Assembly: GCA_963752595.1 (NCBI GenBank)
Contig: CAVVYZ010000001.1
Span: forward strand, 192,001-256,000
DNA length: 64,000 nucleotides
Source: an uncultured delta proteobacterium
GTDB taxonomy: Bacteria; Desulfobacterota; Desulfomonilia; UBA1062
Direction of reading: 5' to 3'
Shown here: positions 43,400-52,867 of the stretch, one piece after another
Layout: the number at the start of each line of letters is the position of its first letter
How positions within the stretch are numbered: the stretch's first letter is position 1
Made by a program: the position numbers and the translations under genes
Notes under the pieces: model-generated
The model's database searches: none
What the model was told of the DNA's origin: nothing
What the model saw: only the letters and a program-made list of their open reading frames with translations

Positions 43400-43466
43400 A
43401 TTCAGTACTGAAGGATTCGGAGTACGGGCCTTTGCCGTATGGATTCCGAATCCTTAACTGCTGAAT
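43400..43466. repeat. Long imperfect inverted repeat just downstream of the AtpZ-like gene (terminator or stability hairpin)
   Basis: ATTCAG..AAGGATTCGGA.TACGG / CCGTA..TCCGAATCCTT..CTGAAT. Confidence 0.65.
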
Positions 43467-43482
43467 CCTTTTTCGTCACAAT

Positions 43483-43707
43483 CTATTTTCTCCTTTCTAT
43501 TATGGCTTCCTGAATGAAACCCTTGAATCCGAGCGCCGTGCCGATGACGAGCAGCACGAGGGTGAAATTAGGTGCCATGCCGGTGATTCTGTCCAGGTAC
43601 AATCCGAGGTAGAGGCCCAGGAAGGTCATGGTTACGAGCACGATGCTGTACCCGCTGATCCTCGTGAGCCTGTTGGCCAGCTTCCGTTGGATTTCTATTT
43701 TTTTCAT
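43483..43707 (-). CDS. AtpZ/AtpI-like small membrane protein
   Basis: LGLYLGLYLD.....P.FTL.LL.IG...GF; SD AAGGAGG. Confidence 0.75.
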   Translation of the reverse strand: MKKIEIQRKLANRLTRISGYSIVLVTMTFLGLYLGLYLDRITGMAPNFTLVLLVIGTALGFKGFIQEAIIERRK

Positions 43708-43736
43708 GGCATGCCTCCTTCCTTCCAGCCGGTTCC

Positions 43737-43913
43737 TTAGAACAAGCTCATCAGAATTTCGCGTGCCGGAGCGGTGTTGATCCCAACCAGGGTAACCACG
43801 AGGATGAAAATCGCAACAGCCTCAGCCGGGGTGATCCCGAGCACCTTGTACGTGAACCTGATCCCGATCCCTGTCATGAACATGCATCCTATTACGATCC
43901 ACAATGTAATCAT
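43737..43913 (-). CDS. 58-aa two-TM membrane protein, absent from the ORF track
   Basis: MITLWIVIGCMFMTGIGIRFTYKVLGITPAEAVAIFILVVTLVGINTAPAREILMSLF; SD AAGGAGG. Confidence 0.75.
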   Translation of the reverse strand: MITLWIVIGCMFMTGIGIRFTYKVLGITPAEAVAIFILVVTLVGINTAPAREILMSLF

Positions 43914-43955
43914 TTCTGTTTCCTCCTTTTTGATTGATTTCTGCTTAGTGTAAGG

Positions 43956-43970
43956 GCAATAGGCATGCCA
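43956..43970 (-). promoter_or_regulatory. Sigma54 promoter
   Basis: TGGCAT-GCCTA-TTGC, near consensus. Confidence 0.8.
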
Positions 43971-44031
43971 AAGTTATAAAACATTCAAGCTATTGAAATT
44001 ACATAAATAATAAATAATAGGATTCGCCTTT

Positions 44032-44131
44032 TGTGACATTTTGTCACATTGCCCGATACGGGACCTTCGGCCATGACCAAATTGACAAAATGAATGGTTA
44101 TTCATCTTTGTAACTGTGACATCTTGTCACA
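44032..44131. promoter_or_regulatory. Two palindromic enhancer (bEBP) sites
   Basis: TGTGACA-N3-TGTCACA at 44032-44048 and 44115-44131. Confidence 0.75.
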
Positions 44132-44291
44132 TGGTTTATAAATATACTTTAAAAATCAATTTATTAAGAAAGGATGTGAAAAGGAGGGAGGCGGCGGGAG
44201 AATAAGCAGCGTATGATCGGCATCCCACCCAAAACTTGCTAAGAATCCGGTCATCATATATTCAAATGATAAGATAAGGGAGGATGCGGCA

Positions 44292-44852
44292 ATGGCTTAT
44301 GATGACCGGAAAGACAGCAGGCCGGGGCCGGTTCCGCCAAAGGTGGTCGACCCGGCGTTCAGTCCGCAGGAGATGGTGGTGATCGTCGATGAGAATAACA
44401 TGGTGACCGGCAGCGCACCGAGGGCGATCATGCGCAAAGAGGGCCTCACCCACCGGGCCGCTTACATCCTCGTCTTCGATTCCCACGGCAGGCTCTTTGT
44501 CCAGGAGCGCACGCTGACCAAGGACATCTTCCCCGGCTATTACGACCTCTGCACCGGCGGTGTGGTGCTCGCAGGAGAGAAGTACGAGAAATCCGCTCTC
44601 CGCGAGCTGGAGGAGGAGATAGGCGTAAAGGATGCAGAGCTTACCTTTCTCTTTGACTTCTATGGCGAGTATGCAGGACAGAAAGTATGGGGCAGGGTGT
44701 TCTCCTGCATCTCGGACGGCCCTTTCACCCTGCAGCCCGAAGAGGTCTCCGGCGGTGCGTTCTATGATATCGAGGGGGTCAAGCATCTGATAGAAACAGA
44801 ACCGTGCACCCCGGACAGCGTCTATGCATTCTTTCGCGCAATCGGTTTATAA
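44292..44852 (+). CDS. NUDIX hydrolase (YfcD/IDI-like)
   Basis: HRA.YI.VF, Q.RT..K..PG, GGVV.AGE....A.RELEEEIG. Confidence 0.9.
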   Translation: MAYDDRKDSRPGPVPPKVVDPAFSPQEMVVIVDENNMVTGSAPRAIMRKEGLTHRAAYILVFDSHGRLFVQERTLTKDIFPGYYDLCTGGVVLAGEKYEKSALRELEEEIGVKDAELTFLFDFYGEYAGQKVWGRVFSCISDGPFTLQPEEVSGGAFYDIEGVKHLIETEPCTPDSVYAFFRAIGL

Positions 44853-44910
44853 GTATCCTCGGCATCTCAATGATTGACAGCAGGGGTATTAACCTGCTTC
44901 AAGGGCGGGT

Positions 44911-46437
44911 ATGGATATCCTGCTCATTCATCCGCCGGTTGTGAAGCCTTCCGAACCTCCTGCAGGTTTGGCAAAGCTCGCAGGTGCATTAGGGGAGCAC
45001 GGCAGGTCGTTTAAGGTTATAGATGCAAATATCGAGGGGTTGCTGTATCTCCTGAACGGCCCGGTGAAAACAGAGGATACCTGGACAAGGCGGGCCTTTC
45101 GTCATCTGGAAGACAACCTTGTTGCCCTTACCGACGGGCGGGCATTCCGCAACCTGGACCGGTACACGCAGGCAGTGAAAGGGCTCAACCGGGTCCTTTT
45201 CTTCAAGTCCGAACCGAAAGGAGCCAATGTCAGTCTCAACAACTATACCCAGGATGCGTATTCGCCGGTGAGAAGCAAAGACCTCATCAGGGCTGCGGAA
45301 GATCACGAGAAGAACGTATTCTACCCGTACTTCAGCAGACGGCTTTCCGGGCTCATGGAGAAGGATGAGCCGTCCGTGGTCGGTTTTTCTCTCAATTATC
45401 TGAGCCAGGCCGTTGCAACATTTGCCATGATGGGTTTCGTGAGGCGCATCAACCCAGGGATGAAGATTATCTTAGGGGGAGGGCTCGTCACCTCGTGGAT
45501 CAACGGCCGGGGCTGGAACAATCCGTTCCCTGGCCTTGTCGATGAGCTCGTTGCAGGGAAAGGCGAGGAGCGCATCCTAAGCCTGGCAGGCACCGGATGG
45601 TCAGGTGTCGAGCCTGTTCCCGATTATTCCCATTTCCACCATTATCCATACCTGTCTCCGCGGAAGGTGGTGCCTTTCAGCACCTCGTCCGGATGCTACT
45701 GGGGAAAGTGCTCATTCTGTCCCGAAAAGTCGGAAGGGAATCGTTATTCGCCCCTTTCTGCAGGCCGCGCCTTTTCGGATTTCGGGAGTCTTTCATCTTT
45801 CGCGTCTCCGAGCCTGGTCCATATCTGCGATAATGCCCTGAGCCCTGCCTTCCTGAAGACCATGGCGGGGCAGGAGCAGGCAACGCCCTGGTACGGATTT
45901 GCGAGGGTAACGCACCACCTCGCTGATCCTGATTTGTGCGCTCGCCTCAGGCGCTCGGGCTGTGTCATGCTCAAACTGGGCATCGAGTCCGGAGACCAGG
46001 GGGTCCTGGATGAGCTGGGCAAGGGGATCAGCGTCGATGATTCCGTAAGAGCGCTCCGGGCGATCCATGCCTCGGGGATAGCCGGTTATGTGTATCTCCT
46101 CTTCGGAACACCTCCCGAGGATCAGGCCGCTGCCCGGAAGACCCTCGAATTCACCGTTCAACACAGCGACCTGATCGATTTCCTTAACCTCTCCATCTTC
46201 AATCTCCCGAGGGCGAGCAGGGAGGCAGACTCGCTGGAAACCTATGATTTCTCCGAGGGAGATCTCTCTCTGTACCAGGGTTTCATCCACCCCAAGGGCT
46301 GGGAAAGAAATCTCGTGAGGCAATTCCTCGACAAGGAGTTCAGGCGCCATCCTGCCATAGCCGGAATACTCCGTGCAGATCCGCCTTTTTTTACCTCCAA
46401 CCATGCCCCGTTTTTCGTCATGAACAGGACCGCCTGA
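44911..46437 (+). CDS. B12-binding-domain radical SAM protein
   Basis: PPAGLAKLAG, IILGGG, GCYWGKCSFC, LGIESG, FGTP.E. Confidence 0.87.
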   Translation: MDILLIHPPVVKPSEPPAGLAKLAGALGEHGRSFKVIDANIEGLLYLLNGPVKTEDTWTRRAFRHLEDNLVALTDGRAFRNLDRYTQAVKGLNRVLFFKSEPKGANVSLNNYTQDAYSPVRSKDLIRAAEDHEKNVFYPYFSRRLSGLMEKDEPSVVGFSLNYLSQAVATFAMMGFVRRINPGMKIILGGGLVTSWINGRGWNNPFPGLVDELVAGKGEERILSLAGTGWSGVEPVPDYSHFHHYPYLSPRKVVPFSTSSGCYWGKCSFCPEKSEGNRYSPLSAGRAFSDFGSLSSFASPSLVHICDNALSPAFLKTMAGQEQATPWYGFARVTHHLADPDLCARLRRSGCVMLKLGIESGDQGVLDELGKGISVDDSVRALRAIHASGIAGYVYLLFGTPPEDQAAARKTLEFTVQHSDLIDFLNLSIFNLPRASREADSLETYDFSEGDLSLYQGFIHPKGWERNLVRQFLDKEFRRHPAIAGILRADPPFFTSNHAPFFVMNRTA

Positions 46438-46548
46438 AAGGAAAGACCTTTAGAATTACTCGGGGAATGCCGATTTTGGGTATAGCTCCGAAATGTCCGT
46501 ACTCGGGTACGGGGGTGGTTCCAGGATGAAAAGCAAGGGTTGGATGCT

Positions 46549-47766
46549 ATGGCATACGAAGTTCTTAGCAAGGGTAACATTGAGAAATTGGCGAAAAATG
46601 CTGCGCGCGGGAGGAAGATCAGGCCCTTTGACTGGATATCTCTTGCCTCTCTCGTTGCCATACTCGTTATCTTCGTTTATGCCGGGTACTTCACCCGGGA
46701 GTTCATGGTCGATGTCACGAAAGTAACCCGGGAATACCCGTTTCAGATCAATACCCGGCTCAATGCGATCGGCAGGGTAGTCGTGGACCACGTGATCGAC
46801 GTTATGCCCAGAACCGCGGGGCAGCTGGTGGAGGTCCTGGTAAAAGAGGGAGACCAGGTAAAAAAAGGCCAGGTCGTTGCCCGCCTCGAAAGCACTGATG
46901 CAGCGCTTTCGAGAGACCAGAGCGATGCCGATCTCAAGCTTGCAAATGCAAATCTCGAACAGGCCGTGATCGTATTCAATGAAGCTGAGCTCGATCATGA
47001 GCACTCCAAGGATCTGTATCAGAAAGGTTCTCTTTCCGAATCCGGCTACCACGCCTCATTGGCCTTGTTCCGCAAGGCGAAATCAGCGGTCAATGTCGCC
47101 CAGGCCACGGTCAGGGCTCAAACCGCAGCACTCCACGGTGCCGAGGTTGCATTGGGCTATACTCAGGTGAAGGCGCCTGTGGATGGGATCGTTCTGAAGA
47201 CGAATGCGCATGGCGGAGATACGGTCTCCCCTCTGGGCTCCTCAGGGCAGGGGAATTCAGGCATAGTCTCCCTGGCCGAATTTTCCTCGTTGCGTGTGGA
47301 GGCAGAGGTTCCGGAATCTGAATTCGATTCAATAAAGATGGGTGAACCCTGTGTCATTATAGTCGATGCCCTGAAGCAGAAGCGTCTCAGAGGCGAGGTG
47401 GACGCCGTAATACCTGCCGCTGACGAGAATAAAGGAACAGCTACGGTGAGGGTTAATTTTATCGATTACGATACCAGTATCCTTCCTGATATGACTGCAG
47501 ACATCGCACTTCTCAGCCGGCCGCTCTCTCCTGATGATACCGCTCCCATCACCGTGGTGGATCGTTCCGCTCTGGTCGTATCCAGAGGGGGCCATACGGT
47601 TTACCTTGTCAAGGGTGAACGCGCCGTGGAGAAAAGAGTGAGCATCGGCGCACAGTTCAAGGACAAGGTAGAAATCCGCGAGGGTCTTTCCTGCGACGAC
47701 ATCATCATCATAAACCCTCCCGACGCCCTCAGAAAAGGCTCCAGGGTAATCCCAAACAAGATCTGA
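46549..47766 (+). CDS. Efflux periplasmic adaptor subunit (MacA-like), orphan
   Basis: N-terminal TM, V.EGD.VKKGQ, APVDG.V, V.E....I..G. Confidence 0.85.
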   Translation: MAYEVLSKGNIEKLAKNAARGRKIRPFDWISLASLVAILVIFVYAGYFTREFMVDVTKVTREYPFQINTRLNAIGRVVVDHVIDVMPRTAGQLVEVLVKEGDQVKKGQVVARLESTDAALSRDQSDADLKLANANLEQAVIVFNEAELDHEHSKDLYQKGSLSESGYHASLALFRKAKSAVNVAQATVRAQTAALHGAEVALGYTQVKAPVDGIVLKTNAHGGDTVSPLGSSGQGNSGIVSLAEFSSLRVEAEVPESEFDSIKMGEPCVIIVDALKQKRLRGEVDAVIPAADENKGTATVRVNFIDYDTSILPDMTADIALLSRPLSPDDTAPITVVDRSALVVSRGGHTVYLVKGERAVEKRVSIGAQFKDKVEIREGLSCDDIIIINPPDALRKGSRVIPNKI

Positions 47767-47906
47767 TCTTTCTCCTTTCCCAAAGGCAAATCTCATAGAT
47801 CAAAAAATAAATGTGGTTCCCGCCCGATCACAGCGTTCATCTCCTGAGGGATATCCTGCGATCTCCGCTGTCCTGCCTTTGTATCCATGACGGATCTTGC
47901 ATCTTC

Positions 47907-49210
47907 CTAGATCAGAGGGACGATATTGGCTTTGCTTCCATTAAGCTTTGCAGCGATGAACAGCGCAACGGAGCGCACCAGGTCCACCTTCGACAGCATA
48001 AGCGGAAGGATCCCCATATGCCTGCACAGGCCGTGGACGGTCAGTGCCAGGTCGTTGCAACCCGGGCTCATGGTCACATTGCGCTTGCCCAGGCGCGCCT
48101 GGAGGGCTACACCGTGCTCCTGGACGGCGCAGCTTCCGGCGATATGCACCTTGCCTTTGATCCGGTCCACCTCCTGCTGTCGATGCCCTTGCCCATGAGG
48201 ATCGTGAAACCGCCTTTCCCGGAATGGTCGCGGTAGAGCATCTCCACCACGGTTTCTGTGTTGCGGCGGCAGCCCTCGTGGCAGCATCGCTCCTTGCCCC
48301 TGAGGAAGGTAAGGTCCGGCGGGTAGTCGTCGAGAAGTTCAAAGGTGAGCCTGGTTTTGCGCTCCTCGAAGAGGGACCTGTTGACGATGTCGATGAGGGT
48401 CTGATCGCCGATGCCGATTCCGGTGGCGCGGCAGAGATCCAGGTGCGTGACCTCCTCCGGATCGAAGCCTATGAGGGAAGCTGCCGTCACATCCGTGGCC
48501 AGCGGATCCGATCCGCCGATGAGGAGGTTCATAGGCACCACGCACTTGTCGGCATTGTACGTCGTGGGATAGTGGCCGTGGGTGGTGGCGATAAGACCGT
48601 CGATCAGGGCGAAATGCGGCCGCAGCACGCGGTAGATGTCCGCGAATTTCTGGTGGAGGCGGTAGTTGTGGTCTGCAATGCGGCTTTTCTGGTGCACGAG
48701 GCCGAACTGATTCTTGATGGACAGGGACACCTGGGACATGGAATGGGTCTTGAGCTTGGGCAGGGAGAGATAGAAGTTTTCATCGCCCCGTTCGATGATC
48801 CGTTCGAACACGAAGCGCGAGATGTCGATGAATTCCTCGATGCCCTCCAGGAAGATCGGAACGGCCGGGGTCTCGTCCAGATAGACCGGGACGGCGCCCG
48901 TTTCCCTGCAGACCTTAAGATACCCGGTGGCATGAAAAACCAGGCGCGTGAAGTTGGCCTGGGTGCAGTTCTCCATGACATAGACCGTGCGGGCCCCATT
49001 CTTACGGAAGTAGTCGATCGTTTCCCGGAGCACATCCGGGTCGGTATACACGTTGGCCTCGGGACCCACACCGTTAACCTTGATGTATACGTCCCGGCTG
49101 GAACGAAGGAGCTTCTTGCCGCCGCCGAAATGCTCGAAGACCTCGCTCACCGCGGTTGCGATGCCAGCCTTCGTGTCCGCCATGATGACCTGTGCCCTTG
49201 CGTTATCCAT
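47907..49210 (-). CDS. DUF362 family protein; frameshift near 48177
   Basis: IK.N, YTDP.V, PKLKTH, SLSIKNQFG, D..A.D; C-terminal GSCA...PGC in the adjacent frame. Confidence 0.8.
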
Positions 49211-49316
49211 GTGCGCCTCCTTGTTTCCGACCATCTATGGTTTCCCTGCCAGGGTCTCCTCTATCAATTGATCCTAGTGCACATCAGCACCCTGCAATTG
49301 TGAAGGAAGGACTCGC

Positions 49317-51191
49317 TCACGAGCCTGAACGCTTGTCTTGTGGGATAACCTCGTCCCGCTGTCCTGCCATAAGGTCCGGGCTCAAGTCTGTCCCCACGGT
49401 CGTGCTGTTCAGGGTGAGACCGAAAAGCGAGGCTGCCGTGATGCCGAGGTCTGCGATCCGGATGGGCTTGTCCGAAATGCCGGTCCTGCCTTCAGGTATG
49501 GATATGGCGGCCACAATGGGCAGCGTGTCCACCGAACCGTGACCCCCGTTGTACACTCTCCAGGGCGGAGCCCATTTTGGGGCCTTGATGCCGACGTTGG
49601 GGACGTGGCCGTTGTAGGCCGGGATCTGCCAGCCGTTCTTTCCCAGGATGATGAGGTCGGGCCAGATCATGGACTCTTCCCTGGCTGCCTCCACATAATA
49701 AGAATGGTAAAGCTCTCCGGGAAGGCACACGCCTTCGATGCCCTTCTTCATGTCGTTCCGGTCCAGGACCCACCAGGGGCATTCGCGCTTGCCTGTCTCC
49801 GGGTTGAGCGCCAAGTGGGCCTTGAGCAGCGCCTTGGCAGCAGGGATCTGCTCTTTGCCGTCTCTCCAGTACAGGGTTCCATAGCTGCTCACGCTGCAGG
49901 CATATACATTATCTTTCCCGATAATGCCTGAACCTTCCAGGAGGCCCATGACATCCGTAGAGGAGAAATCGGATGTGCTCAAGTGGTTCACTGCACAGTG
50001 ATCGCTCAGGAGAATTACCTTCGCACGGCTCAAGGCTCCCTGTTTTTCGAGCCCGTCAATGAGCCGCCCGAACTGGATATCCACATCCCGTATCACGTCC
50101 AGGATGGCTTCCTTGAAGAGGAGCTTGTTCCTCTTGCTCACCAGCTGGTATTCGGGCTTGTTCTCGCAGCCCTCAGGCGTTTCATACGGCGGGTCGACAT
50201 TCACGAATTCGGAAGGATCGGCCGCATTGCCGAGGCAATGGCCTGCATCGTCGCACTGGGCCAGGAGGATGTAAGCCAGGTCCGGATCTTCCCGTTTGAA
50301 GATCTCGAGTGTCGAATCCACGACCCAGCCGTCATGAGGGAAGTGATGTGCAAAATGTTCCATCTGCAGGGTCAGAAGGCCGCCCTGGCCGGTGTACATC
50401 CTGGTCCAGCTCTCGCTCGGGCCCATATTGCCTGCAAAAAACCCGAGATGCTTCGATTCAGGGTCGCATGCTGCATCCGTATCGTTTTCAGGGTCCGCAA
50501 GCCCTTCGCGCTTGGGCGGCTCGAGATAATCCGGGTGGTTCGGCCCGGTCACCAGGATGTCGACCGGTGCAGGCGAACTGTCCGCCCTGAACATCTCACC
50601 GACCCATTCCTTGCCTGTGATGAACAGTGTTTTCGAGTCGGGCCACTGCCTTTTCCACGCATGAAACAGGGTATCGACAGGACGGCCTTTGTCATCCTTT
50701 GCATACGAGAGATGCGAGTGTCTGATGATGACGTTTCCCTTCTCATCCCAGCCCGCAGGCTGGGCCCAGACGCCGATGATCCCGGTCTGAGCCGTGGATG
50801 TCCCTGCCAGGACATTGAGATGGTTCATATCCGTTGCGGCGGGGAGAAAGGCCTTGGCATCTTTATACCACAGAGACTTCCCAAGGAACGCACGGATATT
50901 CGGCATCAGCCAGTCTCCGTCTTTTCCGCCCGGGAGGCCTTTTGCATTGAGGTCGAGATATTTCGGGTGCAGGGCATCGATGGCGACGAAGATGAGCTTT
51001 TCCCGGCCGCCCGGAGATCTCTTCCACGGAACCGCAGGGAAAGAAGGGGGACTCTTTCTTTTCAAAGGATGCAGGCCCCATGTCAGGAGAGCGCCGCCGC
51101 CGAGGATTGCGGCAGCCCATTTCAGGAAGGACCTCCGCCGGAGTTTCTTTTGCAGCTTCCCATACAAAGGACCGTTCTTATCCAACGTCAT
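49317..51191 (-). CDS. Tat-exported alkaline phosphatase superfamily (phosphodiesterase/NPP-like) protein
   Basis: RRRSFLK signal; IDAL, Thr in AT..NH, DDAGH, SDH, GGHG. Confidence 0.82.
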   Translation of the reverse strand: MTLDKNGPLYGKLQKKLRRRSFLKWAAAILGGGALLTWGLHPLKRKSPPSFPAVPWKRSPGGREKLIFVAIDALHPKYLDLNAKGLPGGKDGDWLMPNIRAFLGKSLWYKDAKAFLPAATDMNHLNVLAGTSTAQTGIIGVWAQPAGWDEKGNVIIRHSHLSYAKDDKGRPVDTLFHAWKRQWPDSKTLFITGKEWVGEMFRADSSPAPVDILVTGPNHPDYLEPPKREGLADPENDTDAACDPESKHLGFFAGNMGPSESWTRMYTGQGGLLTLQMEHFAHHFPHDGWVVDSTLEIFKREDPDLAYILLAQCDDAGHCLGNAADPSEFVNVDPPYETPEGCENKPEYQLVSKRNKLLFKEAILDVIRDVDIQFGRLIDGLEKQGALSRAKVILLSDHCAVNHLSTSDFSSTDVMGLLEGSGIIGKDNVYACSVSSYGTLYWRDGKEQIPAAKALLKAHLALNPETGKRECPWWVLDRNDMKKGIEGVCLPGELYHSYYVEAAREESMIWPDLIILGKNGWQIPAYNGHVPNVGIKAPKWAPPWRVYNGGHGSVDTLPIVAAISIPEGRTGISDKPIRIADLGITAASLFGLTLNSTTVGTDLSPDLMAGQRDEVIPQDKRSGS

Positions 51192-51414
51192 ACGTCCCCC
51201 GTTAAGATTCTATTTGTGCACTCATTTCATGGGCTTCGTGTTGCCATTATGGAGCAATGAAACCAAGGAGTCAATGCATTCCGTATTCAGGCACCCGAAG
51301 CATCTCCTGCCGGATACCAGCCCTGGTTGTCCATTAAGACTCCTTGGTAAAGGTGAGTATCAGGCGGCAGTTGTTATTAATAATAATAGAGAAAAGATCG
51401 AGGAGGGAGAAGCC

Positions 51415-52020
51415 ATGATCATGGCGGGAAAGCCTGCACAGAATTTTACTGCCCCGGCATATCATAAGGGAAAGTTCACCCACATCGAGCTCTCGCAGTA
51501 CCTGGGCAAGTGGGTCGTCCTCTATTTTTACGGCGGCGATTACACCTTTGTCTGAGCGACCGAAGTATCGGCAGTTGCCGATAGATATGATCAGTTTCAA
51601 AAGCTCGATACGGAAGTCCTGACCATGAGTGTTGACAGCGTGTATGTCCACAAGGTCTGGAACGACAACGAGCTCTCGAAAATGATTCCCGGCGGTGCTC
51701 CCTTTCCCATGCTCTCCGACCCGGGGGGAAGGATCGGGAGGGTTTACGAAGTCTACAACGAAGAGCCCGGTGTGGACTTAAGGGGAAGATTCATCATCGA
51801 CCCCGACGGGGTGATCCAGGGATATGAGGTGCTCACGTCCGTAGTGGGCCGCAGTACGGAAGAGATGCTTCGGCAGCTCGCTGCATTCCAGATTGTAAGG
51901 GCGAGCAAAGAAAAAGAATTCACTCCTGCTGACTGGAAGCCGGGTATGGCCACGCTCAAACCCATGATAGAGCTCGTGGGGAAGGTGTGGGAGATCTGGA
52001 AGCCGGGCACCCGGGGGTGA
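51415..52020 (+). CDS. prxU: Selenocysteine-containing peroxiredoxin (UGA at 51553-51555 read as Sec)
   Basis: GKWVVLYFYGGDYTFV-U-ATEVSAV continues in frame into SVDS...HK.W, RGRFIIDPDG, GR. Confidence 0.93.
51556..51586 (+). promoter_or_regulatory. Bacterial SECIS element
   Basis: TATCGGC-AGTT-GCCGATA hairpin starting 11 nt after the UGA, with a G in the apical loop. Confidence 0.8.
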
Positions 52021-52036
52021 AAGAGGCTTGGCCTCA

Positions 52037-52795
52037 TCACCCGTTACAGCAGGAACGTACCCCGCCGACAGGGCCTTGTTCGAGGATTTCTCCCCTGCGG
52101 CTGATGGTGATGTGTCTGACCGGGAGGTCTGCTCCGGCCTTCTGCACCGCTGTCCGGGCGGCCCGGACGAATGCGCTGCAGCAGGGCACTTCCATATGCA
52201 CAACGGTCAGGCTCCTGATCCCGCTCAAACGGATGATCCGGGTGAGCTTCTCGACATGGGCGTCTAAATCATCGAGCTTGGGGCACCCCATGGCAACGGC
52301 CTTGCCTTTGATCAGGTTCTGGTGAACGCCCGGGTAGCACAGGGCACAGCAGTCGGCCATGAGCAGGAGATCCATACCATTGAGGAAAGGTGCCTGGGGG
52401 TGGAGCAGCTGCAGCTTTACCGGGAAATGGGAGAGGTTCGATCTGAACGTCGCCGGCTCTTCCGGGGCGTCATCCTTCTCGAACGCCATGGCCGCGGTAC
52501 CGGGGCATCCGCAGGGGAGCGGCTCAAGGACCTTGGGGTTGCGGTTTTTTCCCAGGTGTTTTTCGACTTCCTGCTCGTCGAACTCAGGCGCTTCGCGTTC
52601 GATGACCTTCAATGCCCCTGTCGGGCAGTCGCCGAGACAGGCCCCGAGGCCGTCACAGTACACATCGCTCACGAGCCTTGCCTTGCCGTCCACCATCCGG
52701 AGAGCCCCTTCGGCACAGGCAGTGATGCAGCTCCCGCAGCCGTTGCACAAGTCTTCGTTTATCTCGATTATCTTTCTCTTCATTGTCTTCTCCAT
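52037..52795 (-). CDS. Hcp-associated 4Fe-4S ferredoxin-domain protein
   Basis: CNGCGSC..ACAEGA, CDGLGAC...CP, CGCPG, ADC, GCPKLD, MEVPCC. Confidence 0.87.
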   Translation of the reverse strand: MEKTMKRKIIEINEDLCNGCGSCITACAEGALRMVDGKARLVSDVYCDGLGACLGDCPTGALKVIEREAPEFDEQEVEKHLGKNRNPKVLEPLPCGCPGTAAMAFEKDDAPEEPATFRSNLSHFPVKLQLLHPQAPFLNGMDLLLMADCCALCYPGVHQNLIKGKAVAMGCPKLDDLDAHVEKLTRIIRLSGIRSLTVVHMEVPCCSAFVRAARTAVQKAGADLPVRHITISRRGEILEQGPVGGVRSCCNG

Positions 52796-52808
52796 ACTTT
52801 TTTCATGA

Positions 52809-52855
52809 TGCCCTCTCCCCCGGCCCGCTTTGCGGGTGCCTTCGGGGAGAGGGCA
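52809..52855. repeat. REP-like GC-rich hairpin between hcp and the ferredoxin gene
   Basis: TGCCCTCTCCCC...GGGGAGAGGGCA with inner CCGC-TTT-GCGG. Confidence 0.65.
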
Positions 52856-52867
52856 GGGCGAGGATAA

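Noticed and set aside
49983-51260. Long antisense ORFs (also 4763-5800, 8595-9638, 40855-42075, 48224-49303, 62009-62803)
   Set aside because: Shadows of real genes in GC-rich DNA, with no recognisable motifs
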